Of a stretch of 64,000 nucleotides of DNA, positions 22,771 to 34,979 are shown one piece after another. Position numbers and translations under genes: made by a program. Numbering within the stretch: position 1 is the stretch's first letter; every line of letters starts with the position of its first letter. Where the stretch lies: the NCBI RefSeq assembly GCF_001447785.1, contig NW_015168732.1:110178-174177 (forward strand), read 5' to 3'. Origin of the DNA: Gekko japonicus. Taxonomy: Eukaryota. The notes beneath the pieces were generated by a model, which did no database searches, was not told where the DNA came from, and saw only the letters and a program-made list of their open reading frames with translations.

Positions 22771-23670
22771 GACTTCCTGGTTGCAGCGCAGCAAGACTGA
22801 TGGTGTTTGGGAGAGCTCCCAGCTACCACCGGCTTCTTGTTTCCTCTAGAGGAGTTTTGGGGGCTCCCAAACTCCGCTATACTCCTCGGAGGGGGGTGTA
22901 GGGCAAGGGACTTGATCCGAGCCCCTCGCTCATGGCGGCAGGCAAGGGGAAGCCTCTGGATCGTCCCCAGCAAGGAACGATGAAGACCGCCTATAGTCAG
23001 CCATGAGTGGATAACTATCGCTACCAGACAGGAGGGACTTAAGTCTGTGGCTTATCCACAACACTGATGAAGTTTTCTTTTTTTCCCCGTGAGTACCTGT
23101 AAAAGCAACATCACCAGAAAATCTTCTACACAATGTCAGCCCCTTTAAAGTTTAAAGATTCGGACGGGAGGGTGATGTCTTTCTCCCCCCCCCCACACCT
23201 TTACTGCAGCTATCAAAAGCTCCTAAAAGCAACTCTACAATCCCAGGGCGAAGAAAACAAGAGAGGACTTTGTCTAAAGTTGGCAAATAACAGCTAAATC
23301 TTCTTTTGCAATCCCAACACTACTAGAAAATCTGTTATATAATGTCTGTCCCTTTAAGGTTTGGAAAGACTGGCAGTAGCATCAGCTTCTCCCCACCCCC
23401 CATTTCTACCGTGACTGTGAAGAATTTAAAAGCAACCTTCTTTGTAATCTGAACTTTGTTATAACGATTTCATGAGAAAATCCAACATATAACGCTAGTC
23501 CTTTCAAAGTTTTTTTAAAAATTGGCAGTAGCATCAGTTTCCTGAGGAGGTTCTTTAGTATATGAATTGGCTGTTGAAACCTACAAACAGTATTCAGACT
23601 CACCAGAATAATACAACAGATGCTACGATCGGCAAAAGACAGAAGAGACCCCCTTAATCCTCCTTGACTG
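22771..23670 (+). mobile_element. Probable L1-clade 5'UTR
   Basis: gacttcctggttgcag..gatggtg..gagagctcc start typical of squamate L1 5' ends; internal repeats ggcagtagcatcag. Confidence 0.45.
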
Positions 23671-24029
23671 ACCATTCTGGCTTAGTATATGCCAGCTTTT
23701 GAGACTGGGTCCCATTACAGCCATGCTTGAATAAGAATTATTCAAAACGCAGCATCAGGCATCCAGATTACGTGTCGGCTTTTTATGGCTCAGAAAATTT
23801 GGCAACTTGCACTCCAATTTGGACTTTGATATTGCTTCTATGCTGGAGTAGACACATGGAAAGACTGTGACTTGTTTCTATTATTATTGCACTTTGGCCA
23901 ATTGATTTATATCATACTTGTTATGTTTATTTGATTTATATTATACTTGCTGTTATGCTTATTTGATCATTATATACTTGTTTACTTGCTTGTGCGTTAT
24001 TTTTTGCCAGTGGTGTTCTTTCTTGTTTC

Positions 24030-24625
24030 CAACCTGAAAAATCAGCAGTGACTGAACATAGCCTAACTCAAACAGGACACAGTATTTTGTTCCAAGACAC
24101 TGAAAGGCTGGACAACACTTCCAATTACCATGTCGGATTACACAGGGAAACCATTGAAATTCATAAACATAAACACAATTTCAACAGGAAAGAAGAGAAT
24201 TTAAAAATAAATAGGGCATGGTTTCCTGTCCTGAAAAACACAAAAGGCTCTACATCTGACAACAGCACTACAGATAAGATTAAAATTTCAACAGCCAATT
24301 CACATACTAAAGAACCTCATCAGGAAACAGGAAACCTCCTCAGGAAACAATCCATATACAATCCATATCTCCTCAGGAAACCTCCTCCATTAGCATGTTC
24401 ATAGCCTGGGGGACTCCTACAAAATAATAACTCAGCCCTACCCCACCTTCTGGAGTAGTTATAAATTACCTGTCTACCATTTTTCTTCTCACCTTGACAC
24501 AGAGAGTACTCCATCTTTCTGTGTTATACCTCTGAGGATGCCAGTCACAGCTACTGGCGAAACGTCAGGTTCTACAATGCCAAGACCACGGCCACACAAC
24601 ATGGAAAATCTACAGCAACCAACTT
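24030..24625 (+). mobile_element. Penelope-like element 3' fragment (GIY-YIG endonuclease C-terminus + pseudo-LTR)
   Basis: EKSAVTEHSLTQTGHSILFQDTE.L....YHV.LHRETIEIHKH..NFNRKEE, then the terminal repeat. Confidence 0.9.
24528..24570 (+). ncRNA. Minimal type I hammerhead ribozyme in the Penelope pseudo-LTR
   Basis: acct-CTGAGGA-t-gccagt(cacagct)actggc-GAAA-c-GTC-aggt: stem I acct/aggt, 6-bp stem II, palindromic ACGT stem III; predicted cleavage after C24566. Confidence 0.8.
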
Positions 24626-25807
24626 TATCAACATTACATCCCAGCGAAGAAAATAAGAAATGACTTTGTTTAAAATGGTACTCAAAAGTTAAAATTTTGG
24701 GACTATTCATAATCCAATAGATTATTTATAATTTCTATGGACTTTATTTTGAATCTTGCATGTATTCAGTTCCCATAACAAAATTTGCTTATCTTTGTTG
24801 AAATTTATAACTCCATTTTGTTCTGACCACATTTTTTATTATGTAAATAACTGGCTCTCCAGTTTATCTTAGCACTGTTTAGATAATAACAGATGCTGTT
24901 ATATGGTTTGCTAGAAAAAACATCTCTGTACAGCTCAGTTTAGAGTAATGCTTTTAGAGTGTTAATATGTCTTTAGATAAAATGTACTACAAGGATAATG
25001 TGCAGAATGCTTTAAAGATTGTACCTCCTGGTTCACTAGAATCCATGGATACCAAACTCATTCAGGCTTCCTTGGAAGACCTGCTGACTATGATTCAAAC
25101 TACATTGGTTGTTACTATTACAAAGGGAATTGAAGAGTCCTTTTTTCCTTTGCAAACTGAAATGCAATCATTTTGCAACAGGCCTCGGCTAAGGGGGAAC
25201 CAGCCTAGGTAGTATATCAAGACCAGAACAATGGATGTGATCATCCAGAAGACAGACAGGAAACCTTTATGCAAGTGGACTGGACCTATAAAAAAGATCT
25301 CATACCCTATAAGAGAAACAGATCTCTTTAAAAGATGCACCAGAGATTTCTTAAAACGACCATGACTGCTGAATTGACCAAAAAAAAGGCCCTACTCAAC
25401 ACTTCAGAAAGACCAAAGAAACCTACGTATGGAACTGCAAAGCGTAACCAACAGTGTGCATACATGGTTCCTACCAGAAGAAAATCGCTACACCTACAAA
25501 GGGAAAAGACATAGAATTAAGCATTAAAACTTGAGAGCAAAAATCAGAAAATCAAGAGGAGACTTATTAAAATATAGCTAATGTTTGAGGGGATCCCTTA
25601 GATTTTAAGTTTCCTTTATATAATCACTGAGAATTATAGAGGGACCCCTAGATATGTTTGATGGCTTAAGAGTTTTATATTTCTCTATGTAGAAAGAAAC
25701 TGTTTAATGGAACTTTTGAGAGTTTAAGCTTTTCTTATATAAATACTGAGAATTACTGAAAGACCCATAGATATGTTTGATAGAATAGAATCCCAGTATC
25801 TCTTTAT

Positions 25808-26590
25808 GAAATTAAAAGACGCCTGCTCCTTGGGAGGAAAGCGATGACAAACCTTGACAGCATAATAAAAAGTAGAGACATCACCCTGCCAACAAAAGTC
25901 CATATGGTCAAAGCAATGATATTCCCAGTAGTACTGTATGGCTGCCAGAGTTGGACTATAAGGAAGGCCGAACGCCGAAGAATAGATTATATTGAATTAT
26001 GGTGCTGGAGAAGACTCTTGAGCACAGGCGTGGCGGAGCCGGATGTGGACATAGCCGGGCCGGGGCTGCTACGGGCTGCGCGCCAGAAGATCGCGGAGCT
26101 GAGAAGACTGGCCTTAGACAGCACAAAGAATGGGACGCCGACCCCAGTGGACCGCCGGAGGAAGAGAGCCATGGAACAGCTAACCCACCACTTGGGTGCC
26201 AGTAGGTAGCCCCACCCCCTGTAACATATGTGGCCATAGTCTAGGGAATTAACTTGCACTTGCAACGTATCTGTAAACCGCTCTGAGACCTTCGGGTCTG
26301 AGCAGTATAGAAACCGAATGTTGTAGTTGTAGTAGTAGTAGTAGTAGTAGTAATAATAAGAATAATAATACTTTGCCCACCAAATGAGAAGGGAGCACTC
26401 ACTGGAGAAGACCCTGATGCTGGGAAAGATTGAAGATCAAAGAAGAAGGGGATGGCAAAGGATGAAATGGTTATTGAGGCAACTAACATAAAATTAAGCA
26501 AACTCCAGAGCACGACGGAAGACAGGAGGGCCTGGCGTGATGTGGTCCATGGGGTCATGAAGAGTCAGATTCGACTGTGCGACTGAACAA
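25808..26590 (+). mobile_element. Bov-B (RTE) 3' fragment with TSD
   Basis: MTNLDSIIKSRDITLPTKV..LYGCQSWTIRKAE..ELWCWRRLL; gactgaacaa tail; TSD cagtatctctttat (25794-25807) / cagcatctctttat (26591-26604). Confidence 0.92.
26023..26370 (+). mobile_element. Second, 5'-truncated copy of the chimeric L2-tailed element, inserted in Bov-B
   Basis: ccaccac..gggtgc.agtaggt..acccctg..atatg..ccatagt.tagggaatta..tgtaaaccgc shared with 20383-20480; (gta)n/(ata)n tail. Confidence 0.75.
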
Positions 26591-27199
26591 CAGCATCTCT
26601 TTATCCAGATTAAATAATTCCCCATGTTAGTAAAGAGCTTAGGAAATTTAACAATATACTCAGAAATATTTAAAATGTTTGAGAGAATTCTTGAGATCTT
26701 AGGTTTCCTTTTCATAATCACTGAAAATTTTAGAGGGATCCCTAAATATGTGTGTTGGCTTAAGAACTTTAGATCTCTCTTTTTAGAAAGAAAATGTCTG
26801 AGGAGACTTCTGAGATTTTAACTTTTTTTATATAACCACTGAGAATCACTGAGGGACTTACAGGTGTGCTTGACAGAGTAAGACTCCAGTATTTCTTTAT
26901 TCAGAACAATTAATTGTCCACACTACGAAATAGTATAAGAAATTCAATAATACACTTAGACAAAATCCATTTTAGTACAAAAGAAGAAATTGTATGTTTG
27001 CTGACCTGCAAAATATATTTTATCATATATATTGGAAAATTAAATAGATTTGGTTCATGTATGATACAGAGAGCAGATACAATGCAGAAAAATAGTATTA
27101 TATCAGTAGAAAACAGTGCAGCTACAACAGGGTCATATGTGCAGCAAACAGATAATACGTTCTATATACAATGGTACAGTCCGCAGTCCCTTCCCCTTT

Positions 27200-27530
27200 A
27201 CAAAGTACTTTCCTAAACCAATCTGTTATAGCATAGCCCTATTACTTTTATAGAAAAGCTCTCCTGAACAGCTCCATCTTACATAGATTGCAGAATGACA
27301 GAGGCATGGAAGCCTCCCTGACCTCCTCAGGCAGGCCATTCCACAAGGCAACAACCGAGAAAGTACATGAATGGGTGATTGTTGATCTTGCCCATTTACA
27401 AGGTGGCACCCACAGAGAGCCCTAAACAGAAGAGTGAAGCTGTGGTGGTGGAACATAGGAGGAGATGTGGTCTTGCAGATATGAGGGTCGAAGGCCATGC
27501 AGGGCTTTGTGTTAATCAAGACTTTGAATT
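27200..27530 (-). mobile_element. Old L2 fragment
   Basis: aaaagctctcctgaacagctcc..ggccattccacaagg..gcagggctttgt resembles reversed L2 3' ends. Confidence 0.55.
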
Positions 27531-28369
27531 CCAATAAGATGTTGATAACTGTTTCATGAGCTAGCTTAACTTTGTTAGCACTGTACCACTGGAAATAAAA
27601 CTCCAAGCAGGCTAAAAATACATTAGGTACAAAACTTCTAGTTAGTTCATGGAAATCCTGCTTCATGAATAATTTATTTTCAGACTATTTCTGTAAAGCA
27701 TCCCTGGCTTGTCAGAGGAGAAATGGAGCGATTTGCTGTTTATATAAACAGCAGGGCTGTGTCAAGCTTGTTCAAGTCACTGAAAGAAGTTTCCTAGCCT
27801 GCTCTCTTGTGAAATGGATGGTGCCAAGTTGTGAGATGGAAAAAGAAGAAAAATGAAGTATTTTAAAGAGGCTTTGGAGAGAATTTACTGGAGCTTACAG
27901 AACCAGCTTCAGCCCCAGTGATATCCTTGGCAAGCTACTCTGAGCCATGTCATATGTCTCTTCAACACAGGCATTGATCTCAGTGCCAGATAAGTTGTCT
28001 ATTTCATAATGTATGAATGACTTGGAGTTAGGAGAATCTTTTCTCTTGGTACATACATTGGGAAGCTGCAGCTCAAGGTGAAAAAGACACTGGTGTTGTT
28101 TTGATTTATACCGTATTTTCTAGTATGGAGATAAATGGGAAATAATTAAACATGGATGGACCTGTGTGGTGAAATGAACAGATTGTTGGCCTTGGGCCTG
28201 GGCTTGGGTTAAATTCCTTTCCAGCAAAGAAACCCACTCAGATACTGTGGGTCAGTCAGTCCATCCTAACATGGGGCTGTTGTGAGGATAAAATGGAAGA
28301 ACCCCCATTCATGCCACCCTGAGTTCCTTGTAAGAAGAGCAAACTTAAAAATTAGATGGATGTTGAAAA

Positions 28370-29057
28370 AAACAACACATGGAGACCACTGGGAAGAAGC
28401 TATTGGACACAGTTATGAAACAAATGGATGGAGGCGTCTGAAAGAGGACAGTGACTTTTGGCATTAGTAAAATAATTTATGTTGAGAGCAATTAAATGAA
28501 TATAAGAAGGGTATTTAGAATTAGATGATATTTTAAGTGGTAATCATTATGAAGTAGGAATATAGGAATTGAAGTATAATAGCTAAGGGCATAGCAAGGA
28601 GGTGAAGGGTGTGCTCCCCCCAAGATCTCCGGTAATAGGGAGCAGGGTATCCTGCTGTAGGGGTTCTCTCTTCAGCGCCCAGTATCGAAAGCAACCCCCG
28701 TCCAGCTTTCTTTTCTAGGCACTGAAGAAGATAGAATAATACAAAAGACTGAGTGAATAAGAATGAAATGACAGTAGAAAGAGTAAGAAGGTATTGAAGA
28801 TTTAAAGATGTATAAAGGATAGAATATGACTTAGAGGAAGTTGTATGGTGGTATTACAAGCGGGTAGTATAAGGAAATAAGAAAAAGAAGAGGATACAAA
28901 TCAGATTGGGATTAAGTTATAAACAGATGGAATGTAACCTCAATGGTTTCTTTTTTTGTTTTAGTTTGAAATGGAGTATAATATATAAGGAATGAATTAT
29001 TTGTATGAAATATGTAATACATATTCAATAAAAAAACCCTAAAAAAAAACAAAAAAC
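28370..29057 (+). mobile_element. Probable L1 3'UTR fragment
   Basis: Purine/A-rich sequence ending attcaataaaaaaa..aaaaaaaaacaaaaaa. Confidence 0.45.
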
Positions 29058-29606
29058 GACAACACACGAAGTAGCCCTGAACGTGTAAAAGTAGTGTGAA
29101 TACATGTTTCAATATGAATATCACCTTGCTATCTCCACATTTAGACAATGTAACCCGTGCCCAATCATTATGAAGTTAAATTTCCATTGAAGGTTGCATG
29201 TCTAGAAAGGTATGCCTTCATATTTATGCCTGGGTTAAGTTAGAGAGCTAAGCATGAAGTAAAATGTGATATTAAAAAACAGCCATCATTTATATAGCTT
29301 AAAAGCTGTATAAATCACAGGCAAGGCACCAGTATTAGGAAAAGCAGGGCTTCCAGATGTCCCTACCCAGAACTGTATTATTATTACCCTGTATTTAATT
29401 GAACCTTACGGAATAGAACTCTGCTTTTAGCTTTATACCTTTCCACAAGCGTTTGTTCCATGATACGGAAGATATCATTTGATTACGTGTGAAACTACTC
29501 TAAGGAGCCTTTCTCCCCCTTAAGTACCTCTCCCACTGAAGGAAGTCTCCTTAGGCTGAAGGAAGGTTTCAAACTTTACTCAGTGGAATGGTAAAATGGT
29601 CACAAT

Positions 29607-29808
29607 CAATGCTCCCTCTAAGGTGTGGAGTCTTGTGAGCAAAAATTCTTTGTGAGCTACTGGCATTAAGTTGTGAGCAAACGATTTGGCTACTGAATAA
29701 ATTAGTTTGCTCTGGAGCCGTCCTTCCTGAGCTAAGACAAAACTGTGTGAGTTGGAGACTAAAAAACTGTGAGCTAGGTCACACTAACTCAGCTTAGAGG
29801 GAACGCTG
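29607..29808. mobile_element. hAT MITE
   Basis: TIR caatgctccctctaag / cttagagggaacgctg; perfect 8-bp TSD gtcacaat (29599-29606, 29809-29816). Confidence 0.92.
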
Positions 29809-30506
29809 GTCACAATGGTCCCAGGGTAACTGGTGGTTTCCACAGCCTACTCGAGTGCTCTTTCTGAGTTATTTGGTGATATTGTAAGAGAAAATGGTCC
29901 TCAGCAGCATATTTCATACCACCACTTTGACTGAATTAGCTCAGCCTTATTGGATGATACGTTTGAGGGCTCAAGGTGGTTCCCTAATATCACATAATTG
30001 TATTCTTATCACATAATTGTACCCCTTTCTTAGAAATGTTCTGCCTTAGGAGACGGTGCTCTCTCTCTCTCCTGAATCTGACTCCTGTTTATATTCACTG
30101 CAAGGAGAATTGCCAAGGCTTCATTAGATTGTGTCAACTAATATATAACCAGCTCCAATCAGCAGGCTAGGAGGATAGGCAGCTACCATGGTGAAGATTT
30201 GTTTCTGATAGCATACTGCAGGAATGAGCTGGTGATGTCCAGCAGAGTGGTAATTTGTGACAGTTCTTTACGAGCAGCAAATTAATATTACTTTGTGGAG
30301 AGAAAATGCAGTAATGACAGAAATGTGATTCATTCTATGAAAAGGCATAAATAATTACATGTAAATTGCATACATTAAAGAAGTTTATCCAGCCTATCAA
30401 CTATGAAACCACAGATATTAAGGTTGTATTTCAGGGAATAGTCTTAGAATAATATCTAGTTTTATGTTACTATGTAGTAGTAGTAGTAGTGTAGTACTGT
30501 GAATTT

Positions 30507-31624
30507 CCCCCCCATGTTTATTTATAATTTTTTGACAAAATATACATCTTATCTTCGTTTTACATTTGATATCTATGCGAGTCATATTTATGCTTTAACC
30601 AAAATACAACTTATCTTATTTTACGTTCCATAGTTGTGCTCTGTTTTTTGTTATATTGTCTAGCCATATATAGAACATTTTCCATCTTTTTTCAAAAAAT
30701 TCTTTACTCTTCCCTTGTAATATTATGCTTAATCTATCCATTTCAGCTAATTAATACTGTCTCTATTACTTCTTGTTTTGAGGGTATTTTTTCTTCTTTC
30801 CAACATTTGGCTAATAATATTCTTGCTGCTGTAAAAATATAAGTTATTACATATTTATTTGCCTTGCTATAGATTTCTGGAAGAATATTTAATAAAACTC
30901 TGGAGTAAATGTTACATTAAGTCCCATAATTTCATTTACCATCTTATGAATTTTTTGCCAGTATCTTTATATTCTTTCGCATCTCCACCACATGTGAAAG
31001 AATGTACCAACATTTTTTTACATTTCCAACAGTTCTTTTTAACATTTGTATAACATTTTGCTATTTTCTCAGGTGTCCAGTGCCACCTATAAAACGTCTT
31101 ATATATGTTTTCTTTATAAGGAATTGCTCTCATTAATTTTATTGAATTCCAAATTTTAGCCCATTGCTCTGATTCTAAAGTACGTTGTAAGTCTTTCGTC
31201 CATGCTACCATAGTTCCTTTGACAGTTTCATCTAACAAATAATCTGCGATTAGATATTTATATAATTTCTGTATCTGTTTGTCGCTGGAGGAAAGCCATA
31301 TCTTATCCAATTTGTTATTATTGTTATAGAATCCTGTTTTTTTTGTCTACATTAAATCTTGAAGTTAGCTGCATACTGTCCCACCACGTAAGCCTCACAT
31401 TCTGTGTTACCAATTGTTCTTCCTTTTTTAATCTATTATTTTTATCTAAAAGTTCTTCATAGGTCACTTTTTTACTTTTCTCAATGTTGGTATTGTGAGT
31501 GCTTCTATTGGTGCCACCCATTTAGGAATTTTTAAATAATATCGCTTTTTTATGTCCTTCCATTTTCATTAAGGCACCTCTTATCGTATGTTGTGTGAAG
31601 CTCTTTGGAGATTTATCCTCTTCG
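30507..31624 (-). mobile_element. 5'-truncated L1 (ORF2 C-terminus)
   Basis: KENIYKTFYRWHWTP..CWKCK zinc-knuckle region; 19-bp TSD agtgtagtactgtgaattt (30488-30506, 31625-31643). Confidence 0.92.
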
Positions 31625-32844
31625 AGTGTAGTACTGTGAATTTTCTGGCCCTGCGTTCATGAAAAATTTCAGAAGCTGCATGCTTTACTTCTCAATGTGA
31701 CATCAAAGAGATAGGTCTTGAAGAGATCACTTTCGGAAGGGAAAAAGTGCATTAATTAATGCTAAGCTTAATGGTAACTTTATAAAAATGCCTTGAAAGC
31801 AGCTTTAATGTGACTTCAAAATATCCAACTGGAATGGATTTCAGATGTGGTTCTCGGACATTAGAAATCCTCCTTTTTTCCTCCATAATTTAAGAATATA
31901 TTTTGAAACAGCCCAATGAAATGAGAGCACTGTGAGAAAAGTGGGGAAAAAGAGGAAAGGTATTCAGATACGGGGGTAGAGGGAATCCTATGACGGGGCA
32001 GAGAGAGGGAAGTTCTGTATTAGGGTACAAAGGGGAAAAGATGGGGTAGCTGAGAAATGTAGGTGTGGAGAGAAATATGGGCAGGAGAACACAAAACAGC
32101 CTTGCTCTCCCAGCAAGTCACACTTGTGAAGGAATCTCAAGAGCCGGAGAGTCGTGCATTGTAAGTAGTGGGTTGCAACAGCCTGGAAAACTGCTGCCAA
32201 GTCTTCCAGGTGACTCTCAATCCAGGGATACTAGAAACATTCCAGATATCATTATACAGGTATTTCCGTATCCCAACTCCCAGTTTTGCACACTCTCCAT
32301 ATTTCACAGGTAAAAATAGGGATCTTCCTGTTCATGAATGTACGTGACTATGGGCAGAGTCTGGCAGTTGAGGAACATGGCATGGCAGACAATGGTGGGA
32401 CCAGTCCAAAGCAGACTCAGAGGTGACAGAAGCTGAACTCATAGTGCATGCAAGCACATGGTTTCTGGTGAAAAAGCAGTGAGGCAAATCCAGTGCATAT
32501 TCTGTACACACATACATATACAATTTAGAGGACATTGATCCCATTTTACAGCTCAGGAATACTGAGGCACAGTATATAATAAGCCCAGTATCAGTGAGTA
32601 TACTTATGACACTGAATTCTATAGCAGATATAACAAGTATAATAAAGAAGTTCTGAGCATCTGCAGAGTGATTTCCCCTCCCACTGAACAACTTCTGTCT
32701 CCCTATTCCCCATTCATTTAGAATTAAGAAGTCAGCTGATAGCTACCTCTTTCTGTAGAAATTGATCACTGATCTCTACCTCCATTGCCAGCAAACTACA
32801 ACCAGAAAATACACATTCTGCTAAACCCACTCATTGTTTCCTTC

Positions 32845-33135
32845 CAGCCAGGGAGGTAGTGGGGCTCTTGGATGACCAAGGGGTAAAAGGAGTACTGAAG
32901 GATGATAGGGAAATGGCTGAGAAGCTGAATGAATTTTTTCCTCTGTCTTCACTGTGGAAGATGAGAAGTGCTTGCCCACTCCAGAACCACTGATTTCAAG
33001 AGGGGTGTTGAAAGGCCTGAGTCAGATTGAGGTGACGAGAGACGATGGCATACATCCAAGAGTTTTGAAAGAACTCAAATATGTAATCTTTCATTAAAAT
33101 CTGCCCCCACTCCTGAGGACTGGGAGGTAGCTAAT
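32845..33135 (+). mobile_element. CR1 ORF2 internal fragment
   Basis: REVVGLLDDQGVKGVLKDDREMAEKLNEFF; DGIHPRVLKEL; PEDWEVAN. Confidence 0.8.
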
Positions 33136-34010
33136 TGTCATGCCTGCCTTTGCTGATGTCATGCCTGCCTTTGCTGATGCCCCTGAACAGGCTCCTGAGG
33201 ACCCTGAACAGGCTCCTGAGGACACTACTGCAGCAGAAAGGCAAAGACTGGATCCTGTAGCTGAAAGCTATCTAGGTGGTGAGGAGGATAGAGCCTCCCA
33301 GGGAACACCTGCAAGGGATCAGTCTCTGCTGCAGCCCAGTAATTCATCATCAGACTCGCCTCCACCTGTAACCAGGCTCAGGAATGTAAGAAGACAACAG
33401 CTGAGAGAGCAAAGGCAGAATGCACGCATGCGTGCCAGAAGATCTCTTAGCCCTGATTACTGACAGGATCCTGTCCTCACTCCTGGCTAGCTAATGAGTT
33501 GATTAGCTAGCACTGTATATATGCAAGTCTGTTGCCAGCAGTCATTTGTGCTGGCAACGTCGTTTGTTCAGGACCTGAATCCTTGCATCTCTGCTCCAGA
33601 CCTTGTGGAATTCTTCTCGGCTTGATCCTCGGCTTTTGACCTTTGGCTTTGTTGACCCTGCGTTCATCTCTGACTCCTCTGGTATTGTTGTGATTTATGG
33701 ACTTGAAACTTTGGTATGTCTGACCCTGCTTTTGGACTGTGATTTAAACCTGCTTGAACCTTGCTACCTGATTTGCCCGGCTTGACCTCGGACTGTTCCT
33801 GGACTTTTGCTTGCTTGTGTCACGCCCCCTGGTCCTGCCGTGACAGATTGCCAGCACCCACAACGCTCACACATCCCCACCATGGAAGACGGAGCAACCG
33901 GAGGTGTGGACCCCATGGAGGAAATGCTAGCACAGGTACAGCACTTAACTCAAGCTGTGATTGCTTTGCAACAACAGGCTGCTACAAATGCTGTTGCTGT
34001 AGCTTTATCA
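33136..34010 (+). mobile_element. Gypsy-type LTR (33136-33845) plus leader and truncated gag start
   Basis: TGTCA...TGACA termini; TATA-like tatatat at ~33516; ATG at 33882 gives MEDGATGGVDPMEEMLAQVQHLTQAVIALQQQ (coiled-coil gag start). Confidence 0.75.
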
Positions 34011-34099
34011 AAAGCTTTCTGGAAGTCAAGGTAAACAAGGTAAACAATATCTATTGGATCCCCCTTGACTATCTGTGCTCAATCTAATTGTTTACTGAA

Positions 34100-34749
34100 C
34101 TTCAAAGCAATGGTGGGGCTTGGAGGGCATGGAGAGGAGCATCCGGGGAAGGTCCCCTGTGACTTTGATGTCTCTAGCTTGCACAGGATCCATTCTATAT
34201 GCTCCTGAACATCCTGAACCTGTGCCTGTCAAAATGCCCACCTAAGGTGGTCATTTAGACAGGCACAGGTTCAGGAGGCTCAGGAGTGTATAGAATGGCT
34301 CCTGTGCAAGCTAGAGAACCAAACTTGCAGGGAATCTCCAGCTGACTCTCCTCTACCTGCCCTCTAAGTTTGGTGAGGATTGGATTTACGAGGTCTGAGT
34401 TATGGCCCCACAAAGAAGGTGCCCCAGGAAAGTGCTTTCTGGGGAAATGAGAGGTGGCAATTTCCCCAGAAAGCACTTTCCTGTGGGCACCTAACTCAGA
34501 CCCCGTGAATCCAGTCCTCACCAAACAGGTAGAGGAGAGTCAGTCAGCAGGTAGAGGAGAGTCAGCCAGAGATCCCCTGTGAGTTTGGCTCTCTAGCATG
34601 CCGGGGAGGAGGAGCGTTCTACTGGGTCATGAACCTCACAAATTGAACCAATTTGGCCCCTAGAAGTTTGTGACGGTTTATGGTTCGTGAACCAGGCACA
34701 CCATGAACTACAAACCAAACCACATTTTCCCAGTTTGTGCCTATCCCTA
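34100..34749. mobile_element. Fold-back non-autonomous DNA transposon remnant with long internal inverted repeats
   Basis: Hairpins 34152-34335 and 34310-34597; right end gtttgtgcctatcccta (TAGGGAT-type TIR). Confidence 0.65.
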
Positions 34750-34979
34750 TTCACCAGAGCTTAGCCCAGAGGCCTGTTTTCAATCCCAGCAACAAGATCT
34801 AGGGTATGGGATGGATGAAAAAACTTTGAACATTAACAGAGTGTCTTTTCCCTTCCTATCAGAACAACAGCAGAATCCTACCTCCCTATGCACATAGAAT
34901 TCATCAGAAGGTTGCTGGTGCATTCCGGGCCAAGCCTGGCATTGTTGCTAATCTCAGGGTTGCTGGAATACACAAATAC

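Larger units (their letters stand above)
25020..26900 (+). mobile_element. Decayed L1 ORF1 remnant followed by AT-rich tandem repeats (~120-bp subunits), interrupted by Bov-B
   Basis: MDTKLIQASLEDLL..; TWFLPEENRYTYKGKRHRI (ORF1 C-terminal motif); repeats at 25585-25807 and 26680-26900. Confidence 0.5.

Noticed and set aside
27700-27760. RRNGAICCLYKQ as a candidate CNIH3 exon 3
   Set aside because: Poor match to the expected peptide and no suitable splice sites for a 48-bp exon.
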